A stretch of DNA of 64,000 bases from the human T2T-CHM13v2.0 reference genome, Homo sapiens. Where the stretch lies: assembly GCF_009914755.1 (NCBI RefSeq), contig NC_060945.1. One strand, written 5' to 3'. Within the stretch, counting starts at the first letter, position 1, and each line of letters opens with the position of its first letter. Below, piece by piece: positions 1 through 13,888 of the stretch. The position numbers and the translations under genes were made by a program. The notes below the pieces were generated by a model. It was not told where the DNA came from, searched no databases, and saw nothing but the letters and a program-made list of their open reading frames with translations.

Positions 1-499
1 CCTGGAAACAAACCACCTAACAAATCAGCTAAAGACAACTGAAAGAAACTTATAATAAACTAAGTTACGTTTATTATTTGACAAGTAAAATACATACAAG
101 AAAAAATAATATTGAAACTTAAAGGAAAACTGAAGATCAAGTATCCCCAAGAAACGTTAAGCAAGGTAAAGAAAGAAAGAGAGAGAGAGAAAGAGATAAA
201 AAAAAATTAAGACATATAAAAATTAACAACAAGGAGAATTCCTTGACTTTTAAAATTATTTTTATTTACATAACGATTTATCTTGACTTTTATTTTTAGC
301 TTTTGGGGTATTTCAGTTTTTTAGAATTATAAATATTGATGCTCATGAACATGTTTGCACACAAATGCTTTTATAGCTCTAATTATTTCCTTACAGTTGA
401 TTCTCAGAGTTGAAACAACTTGGATAAAAGGTGTAAGCATTTTTAAGGCTCTTTGTAACTGTTTCAAAATGAATATGGTGTATGATAGTGTCTTTTAAA

Positions 500-925
500 A
501 AAATGCTAAATAGGTATGTGCTTAGCAATGGAGCTTCAAAATGCAAGAAGCAATAATTGAGAAGGCTCAAAACAGAAGAGATACTTTAATTTTGAAATAT
601 TTGGATATTTTAATCTCTCAATTTATAGGGCAGACTAATCTCTCAATTTATAGGGCAGACACAGAAAATTAGTAATGTTAGAGAACTACTGGACAACACT
701 ATCAATACATTGATCTTATTGCCATTTATAGAACACTCTCTCACTCCAACAACAACAGAGTATTACTTTCTAATCACATGCACCATTTTTGTGATGCCAT
801 ATTCTGGTTCCTAAAACAAAGTCCAATATTAAAAGAATTGAAATCATGCAAAACACATTTTCAGAGTGTAGCACCATTGCACTTAAAAGCAATTAATAGA
901 AGATACTGGAAAGTTTGCAAATGTT
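500..925 (+). mobile_element. Ancient L1M ORF2 endonuclease-region fragment
   Basis: Degenerate matches to L1 EN-coding sequence (gacagaaaattagtaa, catttatagaacactc, ccaacaacaacagag, aaagaattgaaatcat). Confidence 0.6.
611..660. repeat. Perfect 25-bp tandem duplication
   Basis: taatctctcaatttatagggcagac at 611-635 and 636-660. Confidence 0.95.
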
Positions 926-1039
926 AAGGAGTTGGGTACCATTTTAAGCCTTGTAAATCCCATCTTGAATTCTGGTGGAAACTGAAACTTACAGAATTCA
1001 GCAAATGTCAGGGACTTGTACAGGTGTAATTAGATGGGT

Positions 1040-1391
1040 AGACTGGAAAGTCCAAGAGCATGACTTAGGTATCTGCTTGGGTTATAGTGAGGGCCCCATG
1101 CTGCATCACATGATGCAGAAGCAGAAGGGGAAGTGGATGTGTGCAAAGACAGCAAACACAAAGGGAAACTTTGCTTTATCACAACTCACTCTTGTGGTAG
1201 CTAATCCAGTCACACAAGAACGAGAACTCACTACTGAAAGAATGTCATCAAGCCACTCACCAGGATGGAGCTCCCATGACACAAATGCCTCCTATTAGGC
1301 CCTACTCCCAAAAGTTTCCAGCTACTAACATTGCTGCACTGGGAATTAAGGTTCTAGCATGAGTTTTGGTGGGGACATGCAAACCACAGCA
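1040..1391 (-). mobile_element. MaLR solo LTR (MST/MLT1A-like)
   Basis: Ends ggtggggacatgcaaaccacagca, the reverse complement of a MaLR LTR start; also ctcccatgacacaaatgcctcctattaggccc. Confidence 0.7.
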
Positions 1392-1459
1392 ATATATATT
1401 AGGAAACAATATAAATATTGATCTACTGCAGTTGCAGTAATTAAACAAACATTGAGAGT

Positions 1460-2975
1460 GTTCATCTAAAATTATAACAGTAACTTTGAGAAGTTATGAA
1501 AAATTGTACCACTAGCAAAACTGAAGTCAGAAAAGATTAGGAAAAAATAATAATGTCAATAGACTTATTTATTAAATAATTTAAGTCTGTAAAAAATATA
1601 AAAAAACTTTTGAAAACATTCATGAACAAAACACTTATCAAGGCCAGATTAATGTTAAAGTACTATCAAACATTCAAGGAGTAATAATAACAATTTAATT
1701 TTACTTTTTATATATGTAACATATAAATGTAATAACAGGCTAATTTAGAAGTGTGACTATCACCATACCAACTTATAAATTGAACAGAACTTTCTTACAA
1801 AAACTAGACAAGAAAATTACAATCCAACACTTCATTAAGGCACATTAAATGATTCTAAATAAAATATCATAAAAATGAACTCAACAACTTATAAAGAGAA
1901 TAACACATCAGAACAAATTGGTTTGTCCCTTGAATACAAAGTTGTTTTATAATATTAAAAATCTCACTCACATTAAGAGATTAAATATATAATTAAATAT
2001 ACAAATATGTAATTTTATTAAAAATGAAACATATAAGTAGAAATTCTAAATGTATTTCATATTGTCTAACATATATTATTGAAAAAGTCATTTGTATATT
2101 ACAAATGAAGGGAAGCATCTTTTATCTGATAAAAGTTTTATAAAGACTGTTATAAATTATTCTTCATTGTGAAATATTTAAACATTTGTCATTGTCCACA
2201 AAAGAAAAAACACAGAGTATCCTTAATTATTCTACTTTATACTAAAAACCTAAGTACATGTATACTTGAAATGATTACTTTAAGATAATAATTGCCTGTA
2301 TACAGTTTAATATCCTATCTACTAGTAAAGGAACAGAATTTATAAGATGATTAAGCCATGGATTGAATTAAACACATAAAATCACATATAGAAAACACAT
2401 TCAATGTAAAAGTCAACAAATTTTCTTCACATTGGTAACAAGATGTTGAAAGATATAATTTAATAATATTAGAATTCAAGATAGCAATTTAAAAATATAG
2501 AATACATAAAAGAAGTCTACAATATATGAAGAAAATGAAAATATACTGTTTTGGATAAAATGAATCAATATTTTAAAAATTTCCAATGTATTCAAAATTG
2601 ATCCATATTTGTCAATCAAAACATTTATAAAATATTAAGTTCACTTAAGTGAATTCTTCTTGAGATAACACAATAACAGATAGTATAAATGTTTCTGAAG
2701 AAACAAAGTAAGCATTAATCTTTTGCCTACCAGCTAACAAATGTAGTATCAGAAGGCTTAGATAAATAAAAACAAATCAATTGATTATAAAATGATGCCA
2801 GATATGAAACTGATCAATATATATGAAATGTGTGTGTGTGTTTCTGTGTATCCAGGTTGACATTGCAGATGAGAGGAAAACAGTGCTTTAATAGTTATAC
2901 AGTTCCAAAAATATATGGATCCCTACCTCACTCCATACACAAAAACTAAATCTGGTTAATTACAAACTAACATGG
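1460..2975 (+). mobile_element. Ancient L1M ORF2 (RT to C-terminal) remnant
   Basis: A-rich degenerate ORF2 motifs, e.g. aaattggtttgtcccttgaatacaaagttg and ggatccctacctcactccatacacaaaaa. Confidence 0.6.
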
Positions 2976-3724
2976 TGACTAAATTAACTTAATTTTATTT
3001 AATATTATGTTTTGCAACTGATTAGTTCCATGTGATTTAATTTATTAGATTATTTTGATTGGGTTTGTATCTCTTTTGTTGATTTTTTCCCAAAAATAAT
3101 TTCTTTCTGTTTGTAAGAATTGCTATATTCTCTTAACTTGAACTTTCAAAACTTCAGTTTAAAATTTCCTACTTTTTAAATACTGCATTGCCTTTTCTAC
3201 AATTTAGTGAGTTCTTTTATGTTTAAGTTAGAGAGTAAATATCAAGGGTGAATTTCAATCATTGTGACTCTCTCTAGGATCCAGAAATATATTAGTACTT
3301 TACTCTCTTAGGTGCAAAAGTGGAGGAAAACTTTGACTTCTACCAGCTGAGCTCTTCCTTGGGGTTAGACTAATGTCTCTAGAGCTGAGATTTCAGAAGC
3401 AGGAGGAATTACACATGGCTGCCATAGAAAACAGGCAACCAGCTGTCGACAGCCTCACACTCCAATGTGGGCATATCTCAATGCCCATTGGAGAACATAA
3501 CAGTCACAAGCCATATGGCTAGAACAACATTATCTCCCCCCAGGTTATTCTTTTCTCAACCATCTATGAAAAGTTCCTTATTTTTTCCATGTAAAACAAT
3601 AATGCATTAATATGAAAATTTTTGTACTTGGTAAATTGCATATCTGAGAAAGCGAAAGATAATTTTATTTTGCTGAAATATAATTACTTCGTCTAAATTG
3701 TATACATTAGGACAAAAGATAATA

Positions 3725-4095
3725 CGGGGAATCTAAAACAAATTGATCCATAGAAATAGTACGAGTGTGGCTACCAGAGGCAAGAGTAATGGGCTGGGAT
3801 GTGAGACAGGGGAGGATGGGAGATGCAGGTCAAATGATTTAAAGTTGTAGTTACGTTGGGTGAATAAGTATTTAGATTTAGTGCACTGCATGAAACCTAT
3901 AGCTAATAATGTTGTATTGTATAATGGAAATTTGCCAAGAGAATAGATTTTAGATATTCTTGCCATAAAAAAATAAGAAAGGTAACTACAGGAAATATTG
4001 ACTATGTTAATTTGCTTGACTGTAGTAATTGCCTCATGGTGTATATGCATATCAAAATATCATGTTGTAAATCTTAAATGTATAGAGAAAAAAGA
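3725..4095 (+). mobile_element. L1MA-type 3' UTR
   Basis: gtggctaccagagg...aataatgttgtattgtata...aaatttgccaagagaatagatttt...catatcaaaatatcatgttgta. Confidence 0.8.
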
Positions 4096-5277
4096 TACAC
4101 AAATCATGCTGTGTTGATCAAAACCTCACATATATAGTCTGGGTTTAGATTCTCTTGTGAATGTATATTTGAGCTATGGTGACATTAAAAATAATCATTA
4201 AAGATTGTGTTTTGCAAATTATTTCCTTTCCTTTAAGAAGTCAAACCAAATAATATTGTATGTGTGCTGGATGAGTAAAAAAATAGTGATGTATTATTTT
4301 GGAAGGTAAACCTTTATGTGCATTAAATATTAAGAATAGAAAAAAAATTTCTTTTGTCATAATTTATAGACTTTATTCTTGAATTTATGAATATCCAAAG
4401 ATGTCTCTGGCATAACAAAAATTTGTATTTGCTAAATAATAATAAATAATGTCAGAATGAATATTAAATAATAAAACAAACCAAAATATATACAATTGCA
4501 TTTGAGGAATTCAAATTAACAGAATCAAATTGTAACAAAGCATTTTTTTGATATCAAAAATTGTGAGTGAATTAATAATGAAGCAGTGACAAAACCACCA
4601 GCAAATAAACAAATGAAGGGGCATCATTTTATACAATATTCTTTGAACATTCAGATAAATAAATAAACAGGGAGTAGATGACTCAGAAAGGAGGAACACG
4701 GAAAAAAAGAGGTCTCACATCCAACTACTGTGTATCCCAGAAAGCAGGACTGGCAGATCAGCAAGATCCTGAGAATACTCGGTAATGACCACAGATTTCG
4801 TGACAATAAAACAGAGAGGGTATCTATTATTTCCTTTTTCAGATTAAGAAATAATGGAAATAGTTTCTAGGAAGAAACTAGTGAATTAAAAAATAAACAG
4901 CACATCAGATTCCAAAAAATATGTGTAAAGGATCAATAAACATTCAATGAATTCAAGAAAAATATCTGAATATCTGGCTATCACCTTACTAGTTTATTAT
5001 AAAAACGTGATCATATTTCAGAAGGGAGCAAAGACTGATTTTTCCAACAAACAAAATTGTATAGTACTTTATTACAGGTTTTTGTGCTTCATTTATCAAT
5101 ATTTTAGATCAGTTTACCAAAAAAAAAATACATAGCAAAAACACTCAACTCTCAAATATTAACTAGAAGAGAAAACAAATCATTCTTAGATAAAACATCT
5201 GCAAATAACCATAATCTATGAAGGAAGTATAAAGGAAAAGGTGAAAAAGAATATTATAATGTTTAAAATATTATAAT

Positions 5278-5613
<336 letters not shown>

Positions 5614-5886
5614 TTAATGTGGTCTTAATTTTTGAAAAATAATGAAATAACTGCAATATAGTAAAAAAGTTTTAAGGTGAAAATAATACACAGAATAATT
5701 AGATTAAAGGGAAACTGTAGAACTAAGGAAATAAATTTTAAAACCAAACACCATTTAGAGAAGTAATTAATGAATTTGAAGATAAATTTGATAAAGAGTG
5801 TAAACACTACTAAATATCAAAACAGAACTAGAGAAAAAGAATCGTGTTTATCACAATTAAAACAATAAGAAATTCAAAGAAATTTG

Positions 5887-5946
5887 AATTACAGTTAAAT
5901 AAAATTACAGTTACAGTTAAATAAAAGCAATTACAGTTAAATAAAA
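5887..5946. repeat. Short tandem repeat, 3 copies of ttacagttaaataaaa
   Basis: Copies at ~5889, 5911 and 5931. Confidence 0.85.
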
Positions 5947-6633
5947 TTAAAAAATAAGTCAAAGATAATCCAACACAAAACAGACCATTAAAGTAATAGA
6001 AATAAATATGCTTTCAATTATCTACTATTACAGCATTTTCTTAAGATTGAGAAGAAAAAAATGTTCAAATCAAAGGACAAATTGTGTTTTAGATCCCTCC
6101 CCCGAAAAAAGCATTCAAGCATTCAATACCCTTCAGCTTTGCATTCTTTAGATATTTTAAAATATTATTTAAACACATTTGAAATGAGACAATCAAATTA
6201 AAGAGATTCTAAATTTAAAATTGCATCATAAAAGCAGTCATATTATGAGTAATTAACAACTCTAAATGTGTATACCTCTAATAACAGAGCTTTTTAATAC
6301 AAGAAACAAAACCTGATAAAACTGCCCAGAGAAGTAGACAAAATCACAAACAAGTTGGAGATTTTAATGCATTCCTTCAATAATTGATAGTACGAGTAGA
6401 CCAAAATCAGTCAGCGTATATAAAATGTGAGCAAAATTAATCAACCAGCTAGACCTTACTGAGAATCTTATAGCACATGCCACTAACAACAGTAGACTAC
6501 AAATTTGTTTTAAGTGATTACAGAACATTTACCAAGCTAGGTTGTTCTGGGCCATAATAAGTCTCATAAATTTAAGATGAGTCAAGTCATTCAAATTATA
6601 TTATCTGTCCATATAGAAATAAACCAGAAATCC

Positions 6634-6940
6634 GGCCTGGCACGGTGGCTCAACGCCTGTAATCCCAGCACTCTGGGAGGCCGAGGTGGGCGGATCACGA
6701 GGTCAGGAGATCGAGACCATCCTGGCTAACATGGTGAAACCCCGTCTCTACTAAAAGTACCAAAAAAATTAGCCAGGCGTGGTGGCGGGCACCTGTAGTC
6801 CCAGCTACTCAGGAGGCTGAGGCAGGAGAATGGCTTGAACCCAGGAGGCGGAGCTTGCAGTGGGCCGAGATCACGCCACTGCCCTCCAGCCTGGGTGAAA
6901 GTTGCAAGACTCCGTCTCAAAAAAAAAAAAAAAAAAAAAG
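6634..6940 (+). mobile_element. AluY-type, full length
   Basis: gatcacgaggtcaggagatcgagaccatcctggctaac; gagcttgcag; polyA; flanking direct repeat atagaaataaaccagaaatcc at 6613-6633 and 6941-6961. Confidence 0.95.
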
Positions 6941-6994
6941 ATAGAAATAAACCAGAAATCCATACAAGAAATATCTCTGTTCAAAGAAGAAATC

Positions 6995-7408
<414 letters not shown>

Positions 7409-7519
7409 CTAAATAAAAATGTAAACACAGTATATTGAAATTTGTGGGATGCCACTTAAGCAGTAATTTTGAGGAAATTCATAGCCTTGGATACACATAT
7501 TGGAAAGAATGACTCAGTT

Positions 7520-7675
7520 TCTACAGAAGAAAAGAAAGCAAGAAAGCGAGAGAGAAAGAGAGCAAAAGAATGAAAGAAAGAAAGAGAAAGAAAGAAAGAG
7601 AAAGAAAAGAGAGAGACAGAGAGAAAGAGAGACAAAAGAAAGGAAAAGAAAGGAAAAGAAAAGAAAAAAGAGCGA
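7520..7675. repeat. GA-rich low-complexity tract
   Basis: Polypurine (GAAA/GA)n. Confidence 0.9.
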
Positions 7676-7720
7676 GCTAAGGGGCCAAAAAAACACAGAA
7701 AATTAAAGAGTTCAGGTCTT

Positions 7721-8381
7721 TGTTAAAAATCTATGTGATTTTTTTCAGGCCTGGCTGTAGGTAATTCTAAAGGCTTTACCTGGAGGGTCTCACAGGAAGA
7801 AGCTGCCCACCTCACACCTGACTTGGTGCACAGCCAGTGCAATGCAGTCTCTGAAGGGAGTTGCAGTCAAGGACTCAGGTCCCTTGGCCAAGTATACTCT
7901 TAAGCATGTCTGTATTCCTAGCCTAGATGCCTTAATTTGGAGATCTCTTTATTTATGGCCTTACGGTGAGGCCTTCCTCAGGTACCCCTGCAGGAAATTT
8001 GTTTATAAGGGAAGAAGTGGAAAACTAGGAAGATAGTTTTCTTCACTCTGACTCAGTACTCCTCCACCCGTAAAACTTCCTCCTCTCCTCCTTCACCCAC
8101 AGGTCCGCAAAACTGCAAGAGACTTTCATTTGGGGGTGCCTCAGCCGCGAAATGAACTCCACATGTGTACTCATCCACCTGACCCTCCACCAGTGGGTGC
8201 GTTTCAAGTGGGGAAAATGAAACAGTGTGGAGCAGGGCTTTCTCCAGTTTATCCTGTTGTTTATACAGAATGAGTAAAGGAATACATACTTGGTTAAAAC
8301 GTTCGTTTTGGCTTGGTTTCATTGGTGGCTGGTCTTACACCTTAAAGCTCAGTTCGTTCCATCTTTAGCAGAGCTCCTGGT
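7721..8381. mobile_element. Putative solo LTR, family not recognised
   Basis: ~660-bp GC-richer block starting TG that interrupts the collinear L1M. Confidence 0.45.
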
Positions 8382-9126
8382 AAAAAATAGCATATTAAAC
8401 ACAAAGTAAGTAAAAGAAAAGAAGTAATAAAGATCAGAGTAGAAATCAATGTAATAGTAAACAGAAAAGCAATAGGTAAAATGAATGACACCAAAAGCTG
8501 ATGCTTTGAAAATATCACCAAAGTTGATAAACCTCCAGCTAGACTGTTTGATCAGTGAGAAAATAAAAAATAGAAAAAGAAAAAAAATTGACAGCGTGTG
8601 AAAATGGCCAGTATCAGAAATGAGAGGAATGATTTCATTTTAGATAATACAGATATCAAAAGGATAAAAATGGAATATTATAAATAACTTTATGCCAATG
8701 AATTTGACAGTTTATATAAAAGAAACAAATTTCTTAACACAAACTAGAGAAACTACCTCAAGAACAAGAAATTCCTATGTAACATGAATAGCCTTCTATC
8801 TATTAAATATATTAAATTTCTAGTTAAAATCCTTCTCACATGGAAACCTCTGAGCCCAAATGTCTGCACAAGTGCAGTGAATTTTCCAAAACATTTAAGG
8901 TAGAAATGACGCCAATTCTACACAAACTCCTCCAGAAAATTAAAAAAAAAGACTTCCAACTCATTTATGAGCCCAGTATTATTCTAACACTAAAATTAAC
9001 AACCAGATTACAAAAAGCAACAGAAAAAAAGAAGATTAATATTACTTTTGAAAATAAATTAAGAAATTCTAAACAATGATTTAGCAAATGGGATTCAGCA
9101 ATGTAAAAATAATAATGCATCATGAT

Positions 9127-9707
9127 TGCATCATCCAAGGGAAAGCTTTCCCACCACCCTTTTCTACAGGCTCACTGGAAATGAACTGACAATAGAAAAT
9201 CTAATAGGAGAGAAGGCATAAAGATTTATTTAATATTCATAAGAATGGGGGAATATCATGAGGATTACCCAAGAACTCAGTGAAGTCTAGAAGTTTATAT
9301 ACCCATTTTCATAGGGGAAAGAAAGACGAGAATGTCAGAGTAAATGATTTTGGGAGATTCTCTTCAGAAATTGAATGGACTGAGGAAACAAACAATGGCT
9401 TGAAACAAAGTTTGAAGTTTATTTGGGCTCTAGATATGGTGTTTAATTTTCAGTCTTTCTCTGTGAAGTGAGTTTTAATCTCTGATTAATGAAATTTTAG
9501 GGAGGGGATGGAAGGTAACTGTGTTGCTCTTTGGAGATCTGCTTTTGAGGTAGATAAGGAAATTTCTGAGAACAGATACAGAAAATTGAGAGACAGGAGG
9601 GAATTGAAGTGGGTCAGAGAGACTATCAGGCTGCTTTTTTAGTTCAGCATATCAAAGCACCATATTTCAGAATTTCAGAATATCATTTTCTGGATCATTT
9701 CCCAACA
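9127..9707 (-). mobile_element. ERV1 MER4-group solo LTR (MER34/LTR49-like)
   Basis: TG...CA ends; 4-bp TSD tgat at 9123-9126 and 9708-9711; ttcagcatatcaaagcaccatattt terminus; L1 resumes afterwards. Confidence 0.8.
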
Positions 9708-9876
9708 TGATCAGGAAGAATTTATCCAAGGAGTGCAAGGCTGATTAGAAAGTCAATCCATGCAATTCATTGACTTAACAAAAAGGGGGGGAAAAACAAA
9801 AGAAATTATCTGATTAAATTTAGACAAAGCATTTCTCAAAATCCAATACTCATTCTTCATAAAATGTTTTCATGAC

Positions 9877-12171
9877 TGATATGGTTTGGCTTTGTCCTCC
9901 CTCAAACCTCATCTTGAATTTTAGCTCCCAACATTCCCCACATGTTGTGGGAGGGACCTGGTGGTAGGTAACTGAATCATGGGTGTTGGTCTTTTCCATG
10001 CTATTCTTGTGATAGTAAGTCTCACGAGATCTGATGGCTTTACAAAGAGGAGTTCCCCTGCACAAGCTCTTTTGTTTTGCCTGCCACCATACATGTAAGA
10101 TGTGACTTGCTCCTCCTTGACTTCTGCCATAATTGTGAGGTCTCCCCATCCATGTGGAACTGTAAGTCCATTAAACCTCTTTTTATTTTGTCTCGGATAT
10201 GTCTTTATCAGCAGTGTGAAAATGAAATATTACAGTAAATTGGTACTAATTGACTGGGGTGCTGCTGAAAGGATACCTGAAATTGTGGAAGCAACTTTGG
10301 AACTGGGTAACAGGCAGAGGTTGGAACAGTTTGGAGAGCTCAAAAGAAGATAGGAAAATGTGGGAAATTTTGGAAATTCCTAGAGACGTGTTAAATGGCT
10401 TTGACAAAAATGTTGATAGTGATATGAACAGTAAGGTCCAGGCTAAGGTGGTCTCACACAGAGATGAAGAACTTGTTGGGAATTAGAGCAAGGGCGACTT
10501 TTGTTATATTTTGTCAAAGAGACTGGTGGCATTTTGCTCTTGCCCTAGAGACTTGTGGAACTTTGAACTTGAGAGAGATGATTTATAGTATCTGGCAAAA
10601 GAAATTTGGCAGCAAAGAATTCAAGAGGTACTTGGGTGTTGCTAAAGGCATTCAGTTTTATAAGGGAAACAGAGCATAAAACTTTGGAAAATGCGCAGCC
10701 TGACAATAAGATAGAAAAGAAAATCCCATTTTTCTGAGGAGAAATTCAGGCTGGTTGCAGAAATTTGCATAAGCAACAAGGAGGCAAATGTTAATCACAA
10801 AGACAACGGGGAAAATGTCTCCAGAGCATGTCAGAGACCCTTGCGGCAGCCCCTTCCATCACAGGCCCAGAGACCTGGAAGGAAAAAATGGTTTTGCGGG
10901 CTGGCCCCAGGGTTCCTCTGCTTTGTGCAGTCTAGAGACTTGCTGCACTGCATCCCAGCCACTCCAGCCGTGATCGAAAGGGGCCATTGTAGAGTTTGGG
11001 CCATGACTTCACAGGACACAAGCCCCAAGCCTTAGCAGCTTCTTCGTGGTGTTAAGCCTGCAAGTGCGCAGAAGTCATAAATTGGGGTTTGGGAACCTCC
11101 ATCTAGATTTTGGAGGATGTACGGAAATGCCTGGATGCCCATTCAGAAGTTTGCTGCAGGGGCATGACCTTCATGGAGAACCTCTGCTAGAGCAGTGCAA
11201 AAGGGAAATGTGGGGTCAGAACCCCCATACAGAGTTCTCACTGGAGTACCCGCCTAAAGGAGCTGTAAGAAGAGGTCCACTGTCTTCCAGACCCCAGAAT
11301 GGTAGATCCACTGACAGTTTGTGCCATGAGCCTGGAAAAGCCACAGACACTCAACGCCAGCCCATGAAAGCAGCCAGGAGAGAGGCTGTACCTTGCAAAG
11401 CCACAGGGTTGGAACTTCCCAAGACCATGGTAACCCACCTCTTGCATCAGTGTGACCCAGATGTGAGACATGGAGTCAAAGGAGATCATTTTGGAGCTTT
11501 AAGATTTGACTGCTCCACTGGATTTTGGACATGCATGGGCCCTGTAGCCCCTTTGTTTTGGCCAATCTCACCCATTTGGAACAGCTGTATTTAACCAATA
11601 TCTGTACCCCCATTGTATCTTGGAAGTAACTAGCTTGCTTTGGATTTTACAGGCTCATAGGTGAAAGGGACTTGTCTTAGATCAGACTTTGGACTGTGGG
11701 CTTTTGAGTTAATGCTGAAATGAGTTAAGACTTTGGGGGACTGTCGGGAAGGCATGATTGGTTTTAAAATGTGAGGACATGAGATTTGGGAGGGGCCAGG
11801 GGCAGAATGATATGGTTTGGCTGTGTCCCCCACCAAATCTTATCTTGAATTGTAGTTCCCAACATTCCCACATGTTGTGAGAGGGACCCAGGGGGAGGTA
11901 ACTGAGTCATGGGGGAGGGTCTTTCCTGTGCTATTCTTGTGATAGTGAATAAGTCTCACAAGATCTGATGGTTTTATAAAGAGGAGTTCCCTTGCACAAC
12001 TCCCTCTCTTTTTGCCTGTTGCCTTCCATGTAAGATGTGACTTGCTCCTCCTTGCCTCCTCTGATGATTGTGAGGCCTCCCCAGCCATATGGAATTGTAA
12101 GTTCATTAAACCTCGTTTTCTTCCCACTCTTGGGTATGTCTTTATCAGCTGTGTGAAAATGGACTAATACA
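9877..12171 (+). mobile_element. Full-length THE1 (B/C-type) MaLR: LTR 9877-10234, internal 10235-11807, LTR 11808-12171
   Basis: Both LTRs start tgatatggtttggct and end tattaca (5') or taataca (3'); internal region starts gtaaattggtac; purine-rich tract gggaggggccaggggcagaa precedes the 3' LTR. Confidence 0.95.
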
Positions 12172-13888
12172 ACAACTTAATATAAAAGAGACTTCTTCAA
12201 CATAGTAAAGATAATCTATCATAGCTCAATGACTAAAATATATTTAATAATGAAAGAAATAAGGGTTATCAGTAAAACAGGGGAACAAGAAAAGGGAGGT
12301 CACTTTCACTTTTTCAATTCAACTTTGTACTGGAGATCCTAGCCAGGAAAAAGAGACAAGAAAATAAAAAAGGCAACTAAATCAAAAAGGAAAAAAAATA
12401 AAGCTTTCTTTAAACCCATCTATACATATTTTATATGTCAGAAATTATAAATAATCTTCAATTTATAACCAAATGTCATTATTTAAAAGTAAAGTGCACT
12501 CTCAAAGTCTCAAATATCACTTCATAGTTCTAAGTCAGATTTATTTAAAAAGTACTTATAAAAGGTATTGCCTTTTAATCTGAAGTTAAAAGACAATACA
12601 GAGATACCCATAACATGATTTGTTTCAGAAATAATTTTTAAAATCTACCAAGCATGAGTTCAGCACTTTGAAATAAGAAATGTGTTCCCATGTTTTCATA
12701 TTTTAAAAATATTTCTATGAATCTTATGTTTTTATAGATATTTTCATATTATGCATTATAAAAATAGTTTTAATTAATCACCTGCATTTTTACTGTAATA
12801 TTATTCTTTATAGTACAGATTTTATTAGCAGAGTTAGTTTTGAAGCCTATCAATGAGATCTAAATTTAAGATAATATTTTATAGCAAAAAATAATCTTTC
12901 CATGCATTTTCAAATTTATGACTATAATGTGTGCTTTAAGGATTCTTCAATGAAGCAGAAGAAAAAGTTAAGCAAGTAATCATCTATTGTATGGATAAAC
13001 AGCTTCCTTTAAATTGAAAAAGATATTAACCTAGGTATTTACACTACTGAACAATACCTGTAGTAAGTAATTCACATAATTATCCTGGAAATATCATTAT
13101 TATATGACTAAATATCATGAAAAAGCCATTTTTAAAATTTGGCTTAAGCAAAAGCAAAGTTTTCCAACTGATTGCCTTATTATAAAGACTACTCAGAATA
13201 GTTGTCAGGTAGCATGTAATACATAAAAACATACAGGGACAAAACCAGCAATGATATTATAACATCAATAAACACATTGAAATTGAATTTCTTTTGTTTG
13301 TTCCTATTTCAACTCATTTGGACAGACAGCATTTATTTTAGTATATTTTGAAGGTTAATGGATCTATTTTTATAGTGGCATTATTTATTTCTTGCTGCCT
13401 GGTAAAACACTGTAACAACAGTGTTAGATTTTATTTCAATAACCTTCACCTAATTGCATTTACTCATTTCAACATTTCATTTTCCTTTTCGAATTCACTA
13501 TTATCTGTAAGCATGTAAAACTTTTGTTTTAGGAGAATATGCCAAAATATTACAGAATTCGCTTTTTACTTCATGAATTATTAATTTGTATATATGCCTC
13601 TTTATTTGACTGAGGCCAGCATAAAAGGAAAGGATAAGATGTTAGATTTTTATTCACCTGTCTTAAAATTATCACATAAGTGTAATAATTCCATAGCCAT
13701 CTTTTCTCTGTTGTTTCTCATTAAAAATTTTCGATAGTGAAAATGGTGCCTCGTATATAATATGAATGAAATATAGCCTCTTGAGAATAGTTCTTATTTT
13801 ATGTGCTTAAAGGAGATCCATATACACTTGGCCCAATCATGGAGATCCCCTGAAAAAATTTTCTATATGCATAAATGGACTATTACTT

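Noticed and set aside
7500-7706. Lys/Arg/Glu-rich ORF, and the similar one at 13837-14058
   Set aside because: Translations of polypurine microsatellites
11046-11594. 182-aa ORF
   Set aside because: Lies in THE1 internal sequence and is a remnant of the MaLR ORF, with neighbouring frames broken
12077-12089. PRDM9 hotspot motif in the THE1 LTR
   Set aside because: Reads cctccccagccat, the non-hot consensus form, not CCTCCCTAGCCAC
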